Shown here: positions 36,398 through 48,329 of the stretch, one piece after another
Layout of the letters: each line of letters starts with the position of its first letter
Position numbering within the stretch: position 1 is the stretch's first letter
Source of the DNA: Adineta vaga
Lineage: Eukaryota > Animalia > Rotifera
Reading direction: 5' to 3'
Assembly: GCA_021613535.1 (NCBI GenBank)
Contig: CP075494.1
Location: 6,944,001 to 7,008,000, forward strand
DNA: 64,000 nt
Notes under the pieces: generated by a model
The model's input: only the letters and a program-made list of their open reading frames with translations
Told to the model about the DNA's origin: nothing
Database searches by the model: none
Position numbers and translations under genes: made by a program

Positions 36398-39086
36398 TCA
36401 TTCCAGATCATTAGGATTAACTCCTAATTTGCTCGCTCGTAGACGTGCTGCAGCCATACGTGAAACAATCACGGGTATGAATATGATACCTACAATTTGA
36501 ATAGCAGCGGGACTTTGAAGACGCCATTCAAGACCATTGACATTGTCAGTCGGATGTGGTTTATAATGAGATACAGTACCTGGAAAAGCACGAAATGAGT
36601 CATTCGCAATTCGACAATCGAGTACAGCTATCATTTCTTGATCATTAAAAGGAAATGTAATAGCGTAGACTGGATCGGAACAATAATGAATGCTCGGACT
36701 AACAAAGATTGCATTAGCAAAATCATCTATATTGAAAGCTTTTACACCACGTGAAATATGATTATCCGGTGGACAGACACGAAAACCACTTGAAACGACT
36801 GTACTTGGCATAACCAGTCCATCCATAAGTATCGATCGAATAACTTTAATCGATGTACCATGATAAGCTGAATGTGGAAAACGTTTTAGATCAGGTTCGC
36901 ATATTTTTAAATACTGACAGTGAACTGGTTGTTCACGTGTATCAAATAGATCGCCAGCAAGTGCTTGAATAAACATATCAGGTAGAAGAGAGAATAATTT
37001 CGGTATAATTTCAACTTCACGAATAAAAGCATGTTTACCATCGAGACGTGATAAGCGTTTATGTCGATTACTGAGAGAGAACCAATAACCAGAATTAGGA
37101 AGCCAAGTATACAGTTTTGCATTTGATTCTCCTTTGAAAGTAACAGTTGGTAATTCATTAAAGCGATCTTGATGATTTTTACATCGTATTTCGAAGAGAC
37201 AAAGACATCCAGATAATTGAAAATCGTCAGGATCTGGTGTGAAAATATATTTAATATCGAAAGATATATCCTTATCTGTACAATTCGGTGCAAAATCAAA
37301 TTGTACATTTCCTATGTTGAATGATTGCGTTTTGTTGGATGCTGCTGTAACCTGCAGTGAACTTCTTTGACATTTCGAACTAAAACTTCGATCAAAACCA
37401 CGTGTTTCTAAGCCGGTAAGTTCTTTTCGTGCGGTATAACCACTATTCTTATATCGCGGAGAAGTATAAGCTATAAGACACAAAGGTAAATCTATGAATT
37501 TAGTGTTAACATGACGGGCACAATATACAGCGGATAATAAGTTGCTCTCATCATTATTTAGATTTAGAGGACTTCGAGCAACTGAAAACCATCGATATTC
37601 ATCGCGTAATGGTAGTGGTAAGGCTTTAATGAGATCGTTAACTGTCGCATTGCATTCTAGCTGTACTGTTGCTATCGGTTTGTTACCTGAACTCTTACCA
37701 TCACCATATAATTCAACAGGAATAATTTTTTCTACAGCTAAATCTTGTCGATATCGTTCCAAGAGTTTTTTTATCTCATTGTTCTTTGTTTCATCATAAG
37801 GAGTAGAATCATATTGATTTCTAATACTTGTATCAGCACCTCGATTTAATAATAATTCTACAGTAGATACATGATTATGAAAGACAGCGCCATGCAATGG
37901 TGTACTACGCGAATTAGGTAATTGAGCATTGATATTTGCACCATTATCTAGAAGCCATTTAGCAACAGCTGTTTGACCAAAACGACATGCAATATAAAGT
38001 ATATTTGTTCCGTTTTCATCGGTCGAATTTGGTGATTTGCCATCGAAATAATAATCAAACCACCAATCTATACCATCTTTAGCCATTGTAAACATATTCT
38101 GTTCACGTATAGTGCAAAATAGATCAGATATACCTTTACTATCGTGTCTCATACCTTCTTGTTCAGCTGTCATGCCCCATTTATTTACTAATTTAGGATA
38201 AGCACCTCGATTCAAAAGATATTCAACAATATTAGCATGACCACCATAAGCAGCAAGATGAAGTGCAGAATTTAAATTAATATCCACAATATCAAGATTA
38301 GCGGATTGTTTTTCGATTAACCATACAGCAAGTTGAAAATGACCTTTTTTACATGCACATTGAAGTAACGTTTGTCGTTGAACATGATATTGTGTATCAA
38401 TATGATCCTCAATGGTATCTACATTTTCTTTGAACCAATCAAGTTGATTATTAGCTGCACGAACAAATAATGTTTCTTTTAATTCATTAAATGCTTTGCG
38501 AACATCATCATTGTAAGCTTCTTTTTCCGGCAAATTACCACTACGATTTTGTATGTTATAATCGGCACCACTTTCTAATAGACATCGAACAATTTCTGCA
38601 TGTCCAAAAAATGCAGCTGCATGTAAAGCTGAACTTCCCGTTCGTTGAAGTAAGTCAGGATTGGCACCTTGTTCAATTAAATAGTACACAGCATCAACAT
38701 TGCATGCACGTGCAGCGCAATACAATGGTGTCTGACCTGAAACTCCATGACGTTCATCAATCTGTACTAATTTCGCTTTCTGTAAACGCTGTTTCAGTTC
38801 CGATGCAAGATCTGGTTCGGCTGCTAATTGTTGAAGTGTATATCTAGAGATATTTATACTAGAACTCCACTCTTTTCGTTCCATATTGTTTGCGTTTGTC
38901 ATGATCAGATAATGTTTCATAAGCACGACAGATTTGTCGAAATTTTTCAGGGGTGATAGTACGATTTTTCGATGATTTTTGTCGATCAATTTTAAACTCT
39001 TGAATTCGATCACGATAGGCAATACGTAACTGAAAATCATTACTACTTTCATCTACACCGAGAATATCATAAGGAGTAGCAGCCAT
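36398..39086 (-). CDS. Intronless J-domain-like + ankyrin-repeat + NEURL4-type ADP-ribosyltransferase protein, with a frameshift at about 38882 between the J domain and the remainder
   Basis: MAATPYDILGV...LRIAYR...KFRQICRAYETLSDHDKRKQY (J-like); several TPLH/SALH ankyrin repeats; C-terminal AYHGTS...IFVSPSIHYC...LEWR. Confidence 0.75.
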
Positions 39087-40135
39087 AAATTCACTGTCGT
39101 TGTTGTGATGTGAATGTACGTAGGTAAATGAATGTCGCACATTTTTGTCAGTTCTGCTGCATCTAATACCTATTTTTTGTGGGAAAAAGTTGTTTTTCTT
39201 CCTTCTTGCATTTTACCCCTTCACTTATCGTTTGTTTGTCTATGACAGTTCTCGCATATGACGCTATTTTTATCGCTTTTGAATTTCATTTCAAACAATT
39301 TTTATCAAGATGGACACATGTGTATGTGTGCGCTAATATGCATATTTATGTTCCTTGACTATCGTTAATCAGTATCAGACTTCTCTCTTACATTTTCCAA
39401 AAGAGATTGAGAAAAGATGTACAGAATAATTGTGTGAAAATAGAATGATTTCGACCGTACATCAACTTATTCGGAAGAAATGAGACAGCTGTTAAGGAGA
39501 TTTCGCAAATAAACAATGATTAAACTAATATGTGAATAAAAAGACATTCATACACAGTGCTAGAAATGTTGAGAATGATTTCGATTATAATCAGAGCTGT
39601 GTTTCATTTTGAAAAAAACTAATTTATCAGAAGTCTTTTTCTGTATGTTTTGAATTTAATTTTAAAGATCAAATGAAATTCAATTTTATATGATTTTTCT
39701 TCTTGAAATTAACTTGTTTTAATTCATGTATGAATGAAACTAATTAATATTAATCGAAATATATGCTTCCATAGTATCAGTAGAAAATCGTAATGAAATT
39801 GTGGAATAGATCTTATCGAAGTAAAAATAGAATACACACATTGAAATGGATAGAATTTTCACGTCACTTGTATGAAAATATTTTTCACTTGACACATTTT
39901 CATGCAAGCAGTTTGTTATGAGGCAATCAACGTTGTTACGTTCGATGATTCTTGTTCATGTTTCCGCATGATTTACCTCTCATGAAGAAAAAGGTATACA
40001 AAGTTTTGCATCTCTTTCTATCCATGTGGGTCGTGTTGACTAAGTTAAAAAATATTTGTTTTTTTTATCGACGAATATGTAGAATATTATATATCGTTCG
40101 GAGTCGTAATCATCGGTAAAGCGAATCTTAATCAA

Positions 40136-41085
40136 ATGAGTTACACACACACATCATTTCAATGGTATTGTTCTATTGCAATATGTGCACAGATTATCGG
40201 TATTATTGCTACTATTTTAATCGGTGTTTTATTAGGACAATATGGCGGCGGTTTTGGATGGGGAGTAAGTTGCCATTATTTATTTTTTGTTTTAATTTAA
40301 AATATTCTATTCTTATCTTTAGTCGGATCTGGGCCAATTATTCAATAATCATCCATTATTTATGACACTTGGAATGATATTTTTCTATGGTGATGGTAAA
40401 TTCAATTCATGAAGTTTCGAATACAATGATTTTTTCACATTTTTTTAAAGCTATTTTGGTCTATCGTGTCTTTCCCGATGTGAAAAAGATTGGAGTGAAA
40501 ATTCTTCATGCTTTTCTATTAGGAACTTCATTAATTTTATCATCCATCGGTTTGAAAGCTGTTTTCGATAGTCATAGTCGAGCTAAACCACCAAAAGAAC
40601 ATCTCAATTCTCTTCACTCATGGGTTGGAATTACTACGGTTGTTCTATTTGGTTTACAATGGGTGTGTGGTTTCGTTGCTTTTCTTTTTCCTAAATTAAG
40701 TGAAAATATTCGTGCTGCTTATATGCCAAGGTAAAACTAATATCGATTTAGTTTCGAAATATCTTTTATCTATTTTCTGTAGTCACAAATTATGGGGAAA
40801 AATTATTTTCATTTTTGCAGTTTCAGCAGCGCTTATGGGTACTGTGGAAGAAGGTGTGTTGTAAGTTATTTCATTGTGTCGATTCTTCGCTTAATTATGC
40901 TATTTTTTAGCAATGGTTTCTTTGACAAAAAAACGATGAGAACTCAACGAAACATCATCAACCTCTATGGTATCTGTATTCTAATCTTTGCTGTTCTTGT
41001 ACTTTATCTCGTTAGTGATCCTGGATTCCAACGACCACCAGAACTTGAAAGTACAGCTGAAACTGAACCTCTGATTCAAAATTAA
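40136..41085 (+). CDS. Cytochrome b561 family transmembrane ascorbate-dependent reductase
   Basis: Spliced FNNHPLFMTLGMIFFYGD/AILVYR, KILHAFL, NSLHSWVG, PR/SHKLWG (four candidate heme histidines). Confidence 0.9.
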
Positions 41086-42160
41086 AAATATTTCTCGAAA
41101 CAAAAGATGAACAGTTACATTTGGACAAAAGTGTCTTTTCTTTTATCTCACTGTTATTAGACGCCAAAATTCACTATTTTTTTCTTCATATTTAAACTAA
41201 AGATATAAAATAGCATACACATATAATCAATCAAATGTATTTTCACATTCCACGTATTTGATATCGATTAGCAGAACTAATGAGTTTACTTTCATTTTCT
41301 TTCAATCTCTACAGAGATAGAAATGTATATATCATCAGATGATGTTTTTCGTAAGCTTATGCAAATCCCAATTCTCCTAAGTGATTTACTTTCAATAGAA
41401 ATATATTTGTTTATTTAACATTTTCACAAAAAAAGAAAAAGAATTCTTTCGACTACCATTTGTAAATAGAACGAAGAAAACAAGATATTAATTTGCTTTG
41501 TTCTTTTTACGCATCAATATCAATCTCAGTGGAATATTATCTTCAAATCAATTAACAAAGACGAATATCATTCATATACTTTATCAAGGGAATTAAACAG
41601 AAAGAATTAATTACCTTTAGTCGATCTTCTTCTGTTTTGACGTAGTTAATATATGAAATAAATCTCATTTATTGAGAGATTTGCTCTTAGAGTTAATAGA
41701 AATAGACGATAATTACTTTGCACCTGTCTTTCTGATATACATCAATCTAGTTTTCTTTTTCTTTGGACTATACTTTTTAGATTTTAAATAGTATGTTTAA
41801 AGAAAAAGACTGAAAGATGTTATTACATATTTTCATTTGATGATTCGTTTGCAATCTATACTGTTATCTATACTCGTCTTCTCTTTCTGTTATCAGTCTA
41901 CTTGTACATCATCAGTAATACAGAAATAGAGAGAAGAAGAACAAGAAGAAGGAGAAGAAGAGAAGAAATGATTCTTAATTGCTATTCGATCCTTTCATCA
42001 AGCACAATTTCAATCAACCAACCAGATAAAAGTAAACGATACTAAGTAAGAGAAGAAAAAAAGTAAGTTGCAGATGTACACATCTCATCATGATGAAATC
42101 CAATTGTAAACTTATATTTCATCTATAATACATTGTAGTACTTTGAAAAAAGAAATCATC

Positions 42161-43490
42161 ATGATGACAGATTTTCGCAGTTGTCAACCATCGTATTGTG
42201 ATAATTCAGCGGTAACATCATCAATGCCTTCTGTTGTTTCATCATATGGTTCGTATTATCATCCAAATAATACATCAATTCAATTAGATGAACAATATGT
42301 TCAATTTCCACCTTCCTACTCCTCTCAATTTTATCCTCAATTACCCTATGATTATGATTCGTCTTCATCATTTTTACCGCATTATTCAACACTTCAACCA
42401 GTTAATTCATCTTATACAACACCGACTGATTTCAATGCTGAAAAATCACTAAATCATATGTATACATCTTTACCATTACAACCAACTCTTTCAATAACTT
42501 CACCAGTTGAATCACGATCATCATCGACTCATTCAGGTGATGAACAAACAAATTCAGCATTAACAACAACAACAGTCAAAACCGACATACAAACACGATC
42601 CTATGCTCATACAGGCCTTTGTGATGGTACACATCGTTGTTTATTATGGGCATGTAAGACATGTAAACGTAAAACAGTGACTGTTGATCGACGGAAAGCA
42701 GCAACGATACGTGAACGACGACGTTTAAGGAAAGTGAATGAAGCATTCGAAGTATTAAAACGACGAACATGTTCAAATCCAACTCAACGTTTACCGAAAG
42801 TGGAAATCTTACGTAATGCAATGGATTATATTGACAATTTAGAAGATTTAATTCGATCAGCAGGCCTTAGTTCTAAAACATTTCGACAAGATTTAGATGA
42901 GAAAAAACCAAATTCAAATGAAGTAAATCATCTTTTTTTTCTAAGTTCTATACTCATGCATATCTATATAGTTATCACTAGCAAGATCATCAACTGTTAA
43001 TTACAATGAAAAATATAATACAACAACAATAGCAACAGATTTTAGTAGTAATTCAACAACACCGACTATCTATGGTACAATGGATACTAGTCGTAAGTAA
43101 ATGAGAAGAGTTTTTTTTCTCTTCTTCTTCTTCTCTTATCAAATGTGCTAAATAGCATGTTGATAATGTGTGCATGAATTTATTTGATGTTTTAACAACA
43201 CATGCTATGTATCCATCTTTTCTCATTGAATTAAGACAAAGATACTATCATTAGCAGCATTGGACTTACTCATCTATATAAATGATTGCTATGATTATCA
43301 AGCAAGTCAATCATTGATTTTTTTTTCTATTCTATTTTTAGATTATACTGAAATGATCTCAACACAACGTTCATCATCAATAGCAACAGTATCAAGTCTC
43401 GATTGTTTATCAATGATTGTCGAAAGTATCGATCCAAATAAATTAGTTACTTCATCAAATAATAATACACTTTTAAATCAATGTTGTTGA
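42161..43490 (+). CDS. MyoD: Myogenic regulatory factor, MyoD/nautilus-like bHLH
   Basis: [46 protein letters not shown]...[12 protein letters not shown], plus helix [16 protein letters not shown]. The start could lie further upstream (ATG 42074). Confidence 0.93.
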
Positions 43491-44797
43491 TTCAAAAATA
43501 AACTCGTGTTCTTTCAGTAATTAATGAAAATGGAATTTTGTTGTTTTTTTTCTTCTTCTTCTTCGAAGTGCACATTTTAATCTTATAAACATTTGTTTTT
43601 GAAAACGTATATAAGAATAGAATAAATGAGTTCATTTATGTAGATATATCGATTATTTATATATGATATAAATACAATGCTATGCTGCACATATACATAT
43701 ATGAAGAGTGAATGTCAATGTCAGCAGAAGTTAGGGATAGAAGATCGATTGGTATTTCCAGTTTTACATCAATTAGCCAAAGGCAAACTGTGCTTTACAT
43801 CTATCTAGATACAGTTCGTGCATATCATTTGATGAATACACATGGAATTGGACTAATCTTTCTGAATTATATATATATATATTTATATATTTATTGGGAA
43901 TCTTCATTCTAATAAACTTTACATGTGATTTCTAACATGTTTATGAAGATACTGGGTAAGAATAGTAATTTGTTTTATTCATCAGATTGTATGAGTTGAA
44001 CAAATGAATAATGGAGAAATGATTATCTCTATGATTTCATTCGAGATCTTTGTCAATTAAATTTATTAGTATGAAGTTGTAGAAATGAGACAATGAATAG
44101 AAAAAAAGTGAATGTCATGAACATCTTTTTTCCTTCGGCGGAAATTATCATTTTTGTTCGGTTGATTGTCTTATTGAATGAATAATCCTATCGATAGTAG
44201 TGTGGTGTCTATATCATCCGTTTTCTTCTACTCCTTTACATACAACTTAGTTTTTATACTGAAAATAATTAAATCTTTTCTTGGTATAATAAGTGAATGA
44301 AGGACATGAAAATTATGAAGAAAACTGTTGTTTTCAGACAAAGAAATAAATGTGTTAGACTAACAACATTCATTCGTTTTTCTTGCTGTGTCAAACAGCA
44401 TTTCGTTCAATAACTCGCCTACTTATCAATATAACAATGCTGAATGCCAATAAGACTAGGCTTATTAATGCCGGTAGGTATTTTCCTTTTTTTTTCTTCT
44501 TCTATATCATTAAGCTAAGTATAAAAGAGAAAAAAATGAGAAACAAAAAAGTCCTTGCTCTCGGCATATGCGATTCAATTTTTCTCTATATATTTTCTTT
44601 TGGCATGTTGTGCCTCTGGAGATATATATATATATAATAAAAAGCGAGAAAGAAAAAAAAAAGAAATCGAAGATATTCATCATAGATTAAAGAGATTGTA
44701 AGCATATTTCATCAATCGAACTTGTTCACATCTTCTTTTTCTTCTAGAAACAAACTATTCATCTTATCATGAAGATAATAAGAACTTTTGCCAATCG

Positions 44798-45190
44798 ATG
44801 ACTACGAAGAACACTAATAATCGAATTTTATGTGAAAATCCAGGTTCAATCTTGCAGAATAAAAATTATCATTTCGAACCAATTGATCATGAGATAACAA
44901 CACCAATAAATAATTCACATTCAATTCAACGTCCTATACCAATTCATAATCTGCATTCAAATACAATGAATGAACGTTCAAAAAAATCACAAACAAAACG
45001 GAACTCAACGATTAATATCAATCCAATAGAAATCGATTCAACAATTCGATCATTTGCATTACCTCGTTCAGTAACATCAGATCAAATAGCAAAGAATTCG
45101 ACAACAAATCGATTGTATTACTATCCTAGTGTTCAAGATGTACTTGATGCTTTAAATCGACGTGCATTTGATAAAGAATCATTTGTTTAA
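44798..45190 (+). CDS. Hypothetical 130-aa single-exon protein ending in a class I PDZ-binding-like motif (ESFV)
   Basis: ATG-initiated ORF with coding-like codon usage, an upstream acceptor-like TTTCTAG and a downstream AATAAA. Confidence 0.5.
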   Translation: MTTKNTNNRILCENPGSILQNKNYHFEPIDHEITTPINNSHSIQRPIPIHNLHSNTMNERSKKSQTKRNSTININPIEIDSTIRSFALPRSVTSDQIAKNSTTNRLYYYPSVQDVLDALNRRAFDKESFV

Positions 45191-46333
45191 TTCAACGATT
45201 TTTACTTTCTTTTTCTGGTGTCTACGAATAAAACCTACGAAAATTTCATGTAACAAGATAAATTCAAACTGACGTTAATGATTCCATCTAATGATAGATG
45301 CACGAAATGCTAACTAATCTTACGAAACATCGTTTTTCTGAGTTTGTTATGTTTTAATCGAGTACATTAGTTTTTGTACTATACATGTGTTTGTCATTGG
45401 ATTTTTCTCTACTTAAAATAGAATAAATCATTGATTACATAGAGTACGGAACAGAACGAAAGAACATTTTAGAATTCATCAGCAAATGACGATGTTTCTC
45501 TTTTTCCATTTCGAAAGAAAAGTACGAAGTGAATTTGGAAAAAATCACGATTCATTTTTTTCCCTGAAAAGTAAACTCGTGTGCCATCTATGGAAATTAT
45601 TTATTCAACTCCGTGGCATAGCTTCGAATGCCTTATGATTTACCACACAACAAACGGCAAGTAAAAAAGGAGAAAGACAAAAACCGGTTAAAAATCCACA
45701 GATGTTTTTCTAAGCATTTTTTCTCTCTTCCTTCGTCTTTCGTTTTATTCAATAGACGAATACATTTAATCGATAATTTTATACTTTGACCTGATGTGTT
45801 CTTCTGTACCGTAGTAAGAATAATAATCACAGTATAGATTTTTTTTTCTTTTTTATTCAAGAATTTCTTTTTCTCGTCTATAGAATATATCATTAACATC
45901 CTTGATTCCATCCATCGAATGCATGATGAAAATTGATTACTTTTTTCCTTTCTAGGTAAACTTATCTCTCATGTGATTTGTCAGAAGGTCGAATGTTAAG
46001 CTTACCCTATCGTACCGACATATGACTCGGCATTTTTCTTTTCGTTAGCACCATCTCTATCTCCAAACAATAAAATAGTGCACTTACGTCTTTCGATGTG
46101 CAACATATCTTGTTTTATTCTTCCTCATCGATACAAGAACAAAAAAAAGAATCATCACGTCATCGCGGGCATTTTTATATAAAACGAAAACGCATCGTTG
46201 TTTTTTCTTACTTTATATCGTTGTCCTTGCGTTTTTACAAGCAGTCAAGCCCCTTCTTTCTTTCTCCTTTCTTGTCACATGTGATATACTTGAATGATAT
46301 TCTTTACTGTAGACACCCAAAAAGAAAATACAA

Positions 46334-47643
46334 ATGGCAATAGCACTAGCTTGTGAAGATGATTATAATTTTGATGACGAAGATGATGACTTTGATGAAA
46401 TGAGGTAAGCGATTTTTTGGAAAAAAAAATCGTAAAATGAAGTCTTTTATATATTCATTTTTATTTCTAGTAATACGATTGACTATTCTCATCAAAATTT
46501 AAATGAACTTGATTCTAATGAATTCTTTTCAACGATTATTAATCCAGCTCATATAAAAACAGTTCAATTAAATTCCAATTCACTTTTTGCTTTACCAAGT
46601 GATATTGAGAAATTTCGATCATTGATTACTCTTGAATTATCACATAATCAATTAGTTCAGTTACCAAATGAAATTCTTTCATTGAAAACTTTGAAAAATT
46701 TATATTTGAAAAATAATTCATTGGATGATTTTTCTCTACCAAAAGAATTTCATCAATTACAACAATTAGAAGTTCTAAATCTTGGCGGAAATCGATTTAA
46801 ACAATTTCCATATCAATTATTTCAAATGGGCAATTTAAAAGAACTTTATCTCGGTTCAAATCGAATTACTCATCTACCTGATCTTTTTCAAACACTAACG
46901 AAGTAATGATTGAAATTACATGAATTTCTTTCTAAAATATTTCAATTCTTTAGAGTTGAAATTCTCTATTTGGGTGGCAATCAAATCACAAATATTCCCG
47001 ATTCAATCGGATCAATGCATTCTTTAATTGTTTTGAATTTATGTGACAATCGATTACGAACATTACCACGATCGATTTCTTGTAAGTAGAACAATGGAGA
47101 AAACATGTCTAGATGAAACATTGCTTTTTTTAGGTTTAACTCGGCTAAAATCACTTTCATTACATAATAATCAATTTTGTGCTCTACCGTCTGATATCAT
47201 TCGACTTGATCTACAAGAATTAAGTTTAAGAAATAATCCCTTAGTTGTACGATTTGTTCGTGATCTAACATATGATGTTCCGACATTAAAAGAATTATCT
47301 GCTCGAACAATCAAACTTCATCAATTAGATTATGATAATAAATCTATACCAAAATGTCTTATTGAATATTTAAATTCAGCTAAATCATGTTTAAATCCTA
47401 AATGTCAAGGTAATACGATGTTTTTTCTCTCATTGATATAACAATGTTCTTTGTTTTTCTCTAGGTGTATATTTTGAAAGTTGTCATAAAAATATCAAAT
47501 TCGTCGATTTTTGTGGTAAATTTTATTTACCTTTACTTCAATTTCTTTGCTCACCTGCTTGTACATCAACACCAACATGTCCATTGACAACAAATTCTTC
47601 TGATGATATGAGTAGTAAATTTAAAAAAGTACTACTTGGTTAA
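46334..47643 (+). CDS. LRRC58: Leucine-rich repeat-containing protein 58
   Basis: LRRs followed by LSLRNNPLVVRFVRDL...CLNPKCQ/GVYF...IKFVDFCGKFYLPLLQFLCSPAC; ends KKVLLG. Confidence 0.92.
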
Positions 47644-48039
47644 GTAATTCTTGTTTTCTTGTTACTTTTTGGTGTGATCAAATATCTATGTATATCCATT
47701 TTTGGTTTTGTTTTATGAATTTTTTGAGTGATGGAATAATAGAAAAACTACTAATCGATTGAAGTTCACGGTGTTTTCTTTTTCTTTTGTGTTGAATAAC
47801 TCTTTGCAAATCCAAACAATGCACAACAACAACAACAACAACAACAAGCATACAAGAAAATATCTCATGTATAAAAAAAAAGAACAACGAACAACGAAAT
47901 GTATGCAATTGAATGACGACGTTTAAGATAATGATCACACATGCATATAGAATGAATACAACAGAGAAAAAAACGAAGAAGGAACTGTTAATGATGAATA
48001 TATCAATGAATGAGAATAAGTAAATTTGTGAGATGTTGA

Positions 48040-48135
48040 TAGAACAAACAACAACAACAATAATAATAATAACAACAATGATAATGATGGTGATGATGAT
48101 GATAATAATAATAATAAAATAAGAACAACAACAGG
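48040..48135. repeat. Compound trinucleotide microsatellite (AAC/AAT/GAT) in the convergent 3' region between LRRC58 and YTHDF
   Basis: acaacaacaa taataataat aacaacaatg ataatgatgg tgatgatgat gataataata. Confidence 0.7.
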
Positions 48136-48329
48136 TTGCTGTTGCTAAATGATCTTAGCACAATATGTTATAAGAAAGAAAACAAATAACGTTAGATCTG
48201 AATATACACATACGTGCACGCATATTACAGAATGATGAATGTCTACTAAAAAGCTCACAAACATTTACGTGTATTATATATATATAGAAAAAGACAGAGA
48301 GAGAGAAGGTGAATTTTGTTTATGTTTTT

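Noticed and set aside
38885-39052. N-terminal 56 aa of the 884-aa ORF (MKVVMIFSY...) as the true N-terminus
   Set aside because: It overlaps the J-domain frame, which has a recognisable motif pattern; it is better explained as the shifted frame upstream of the deletion.
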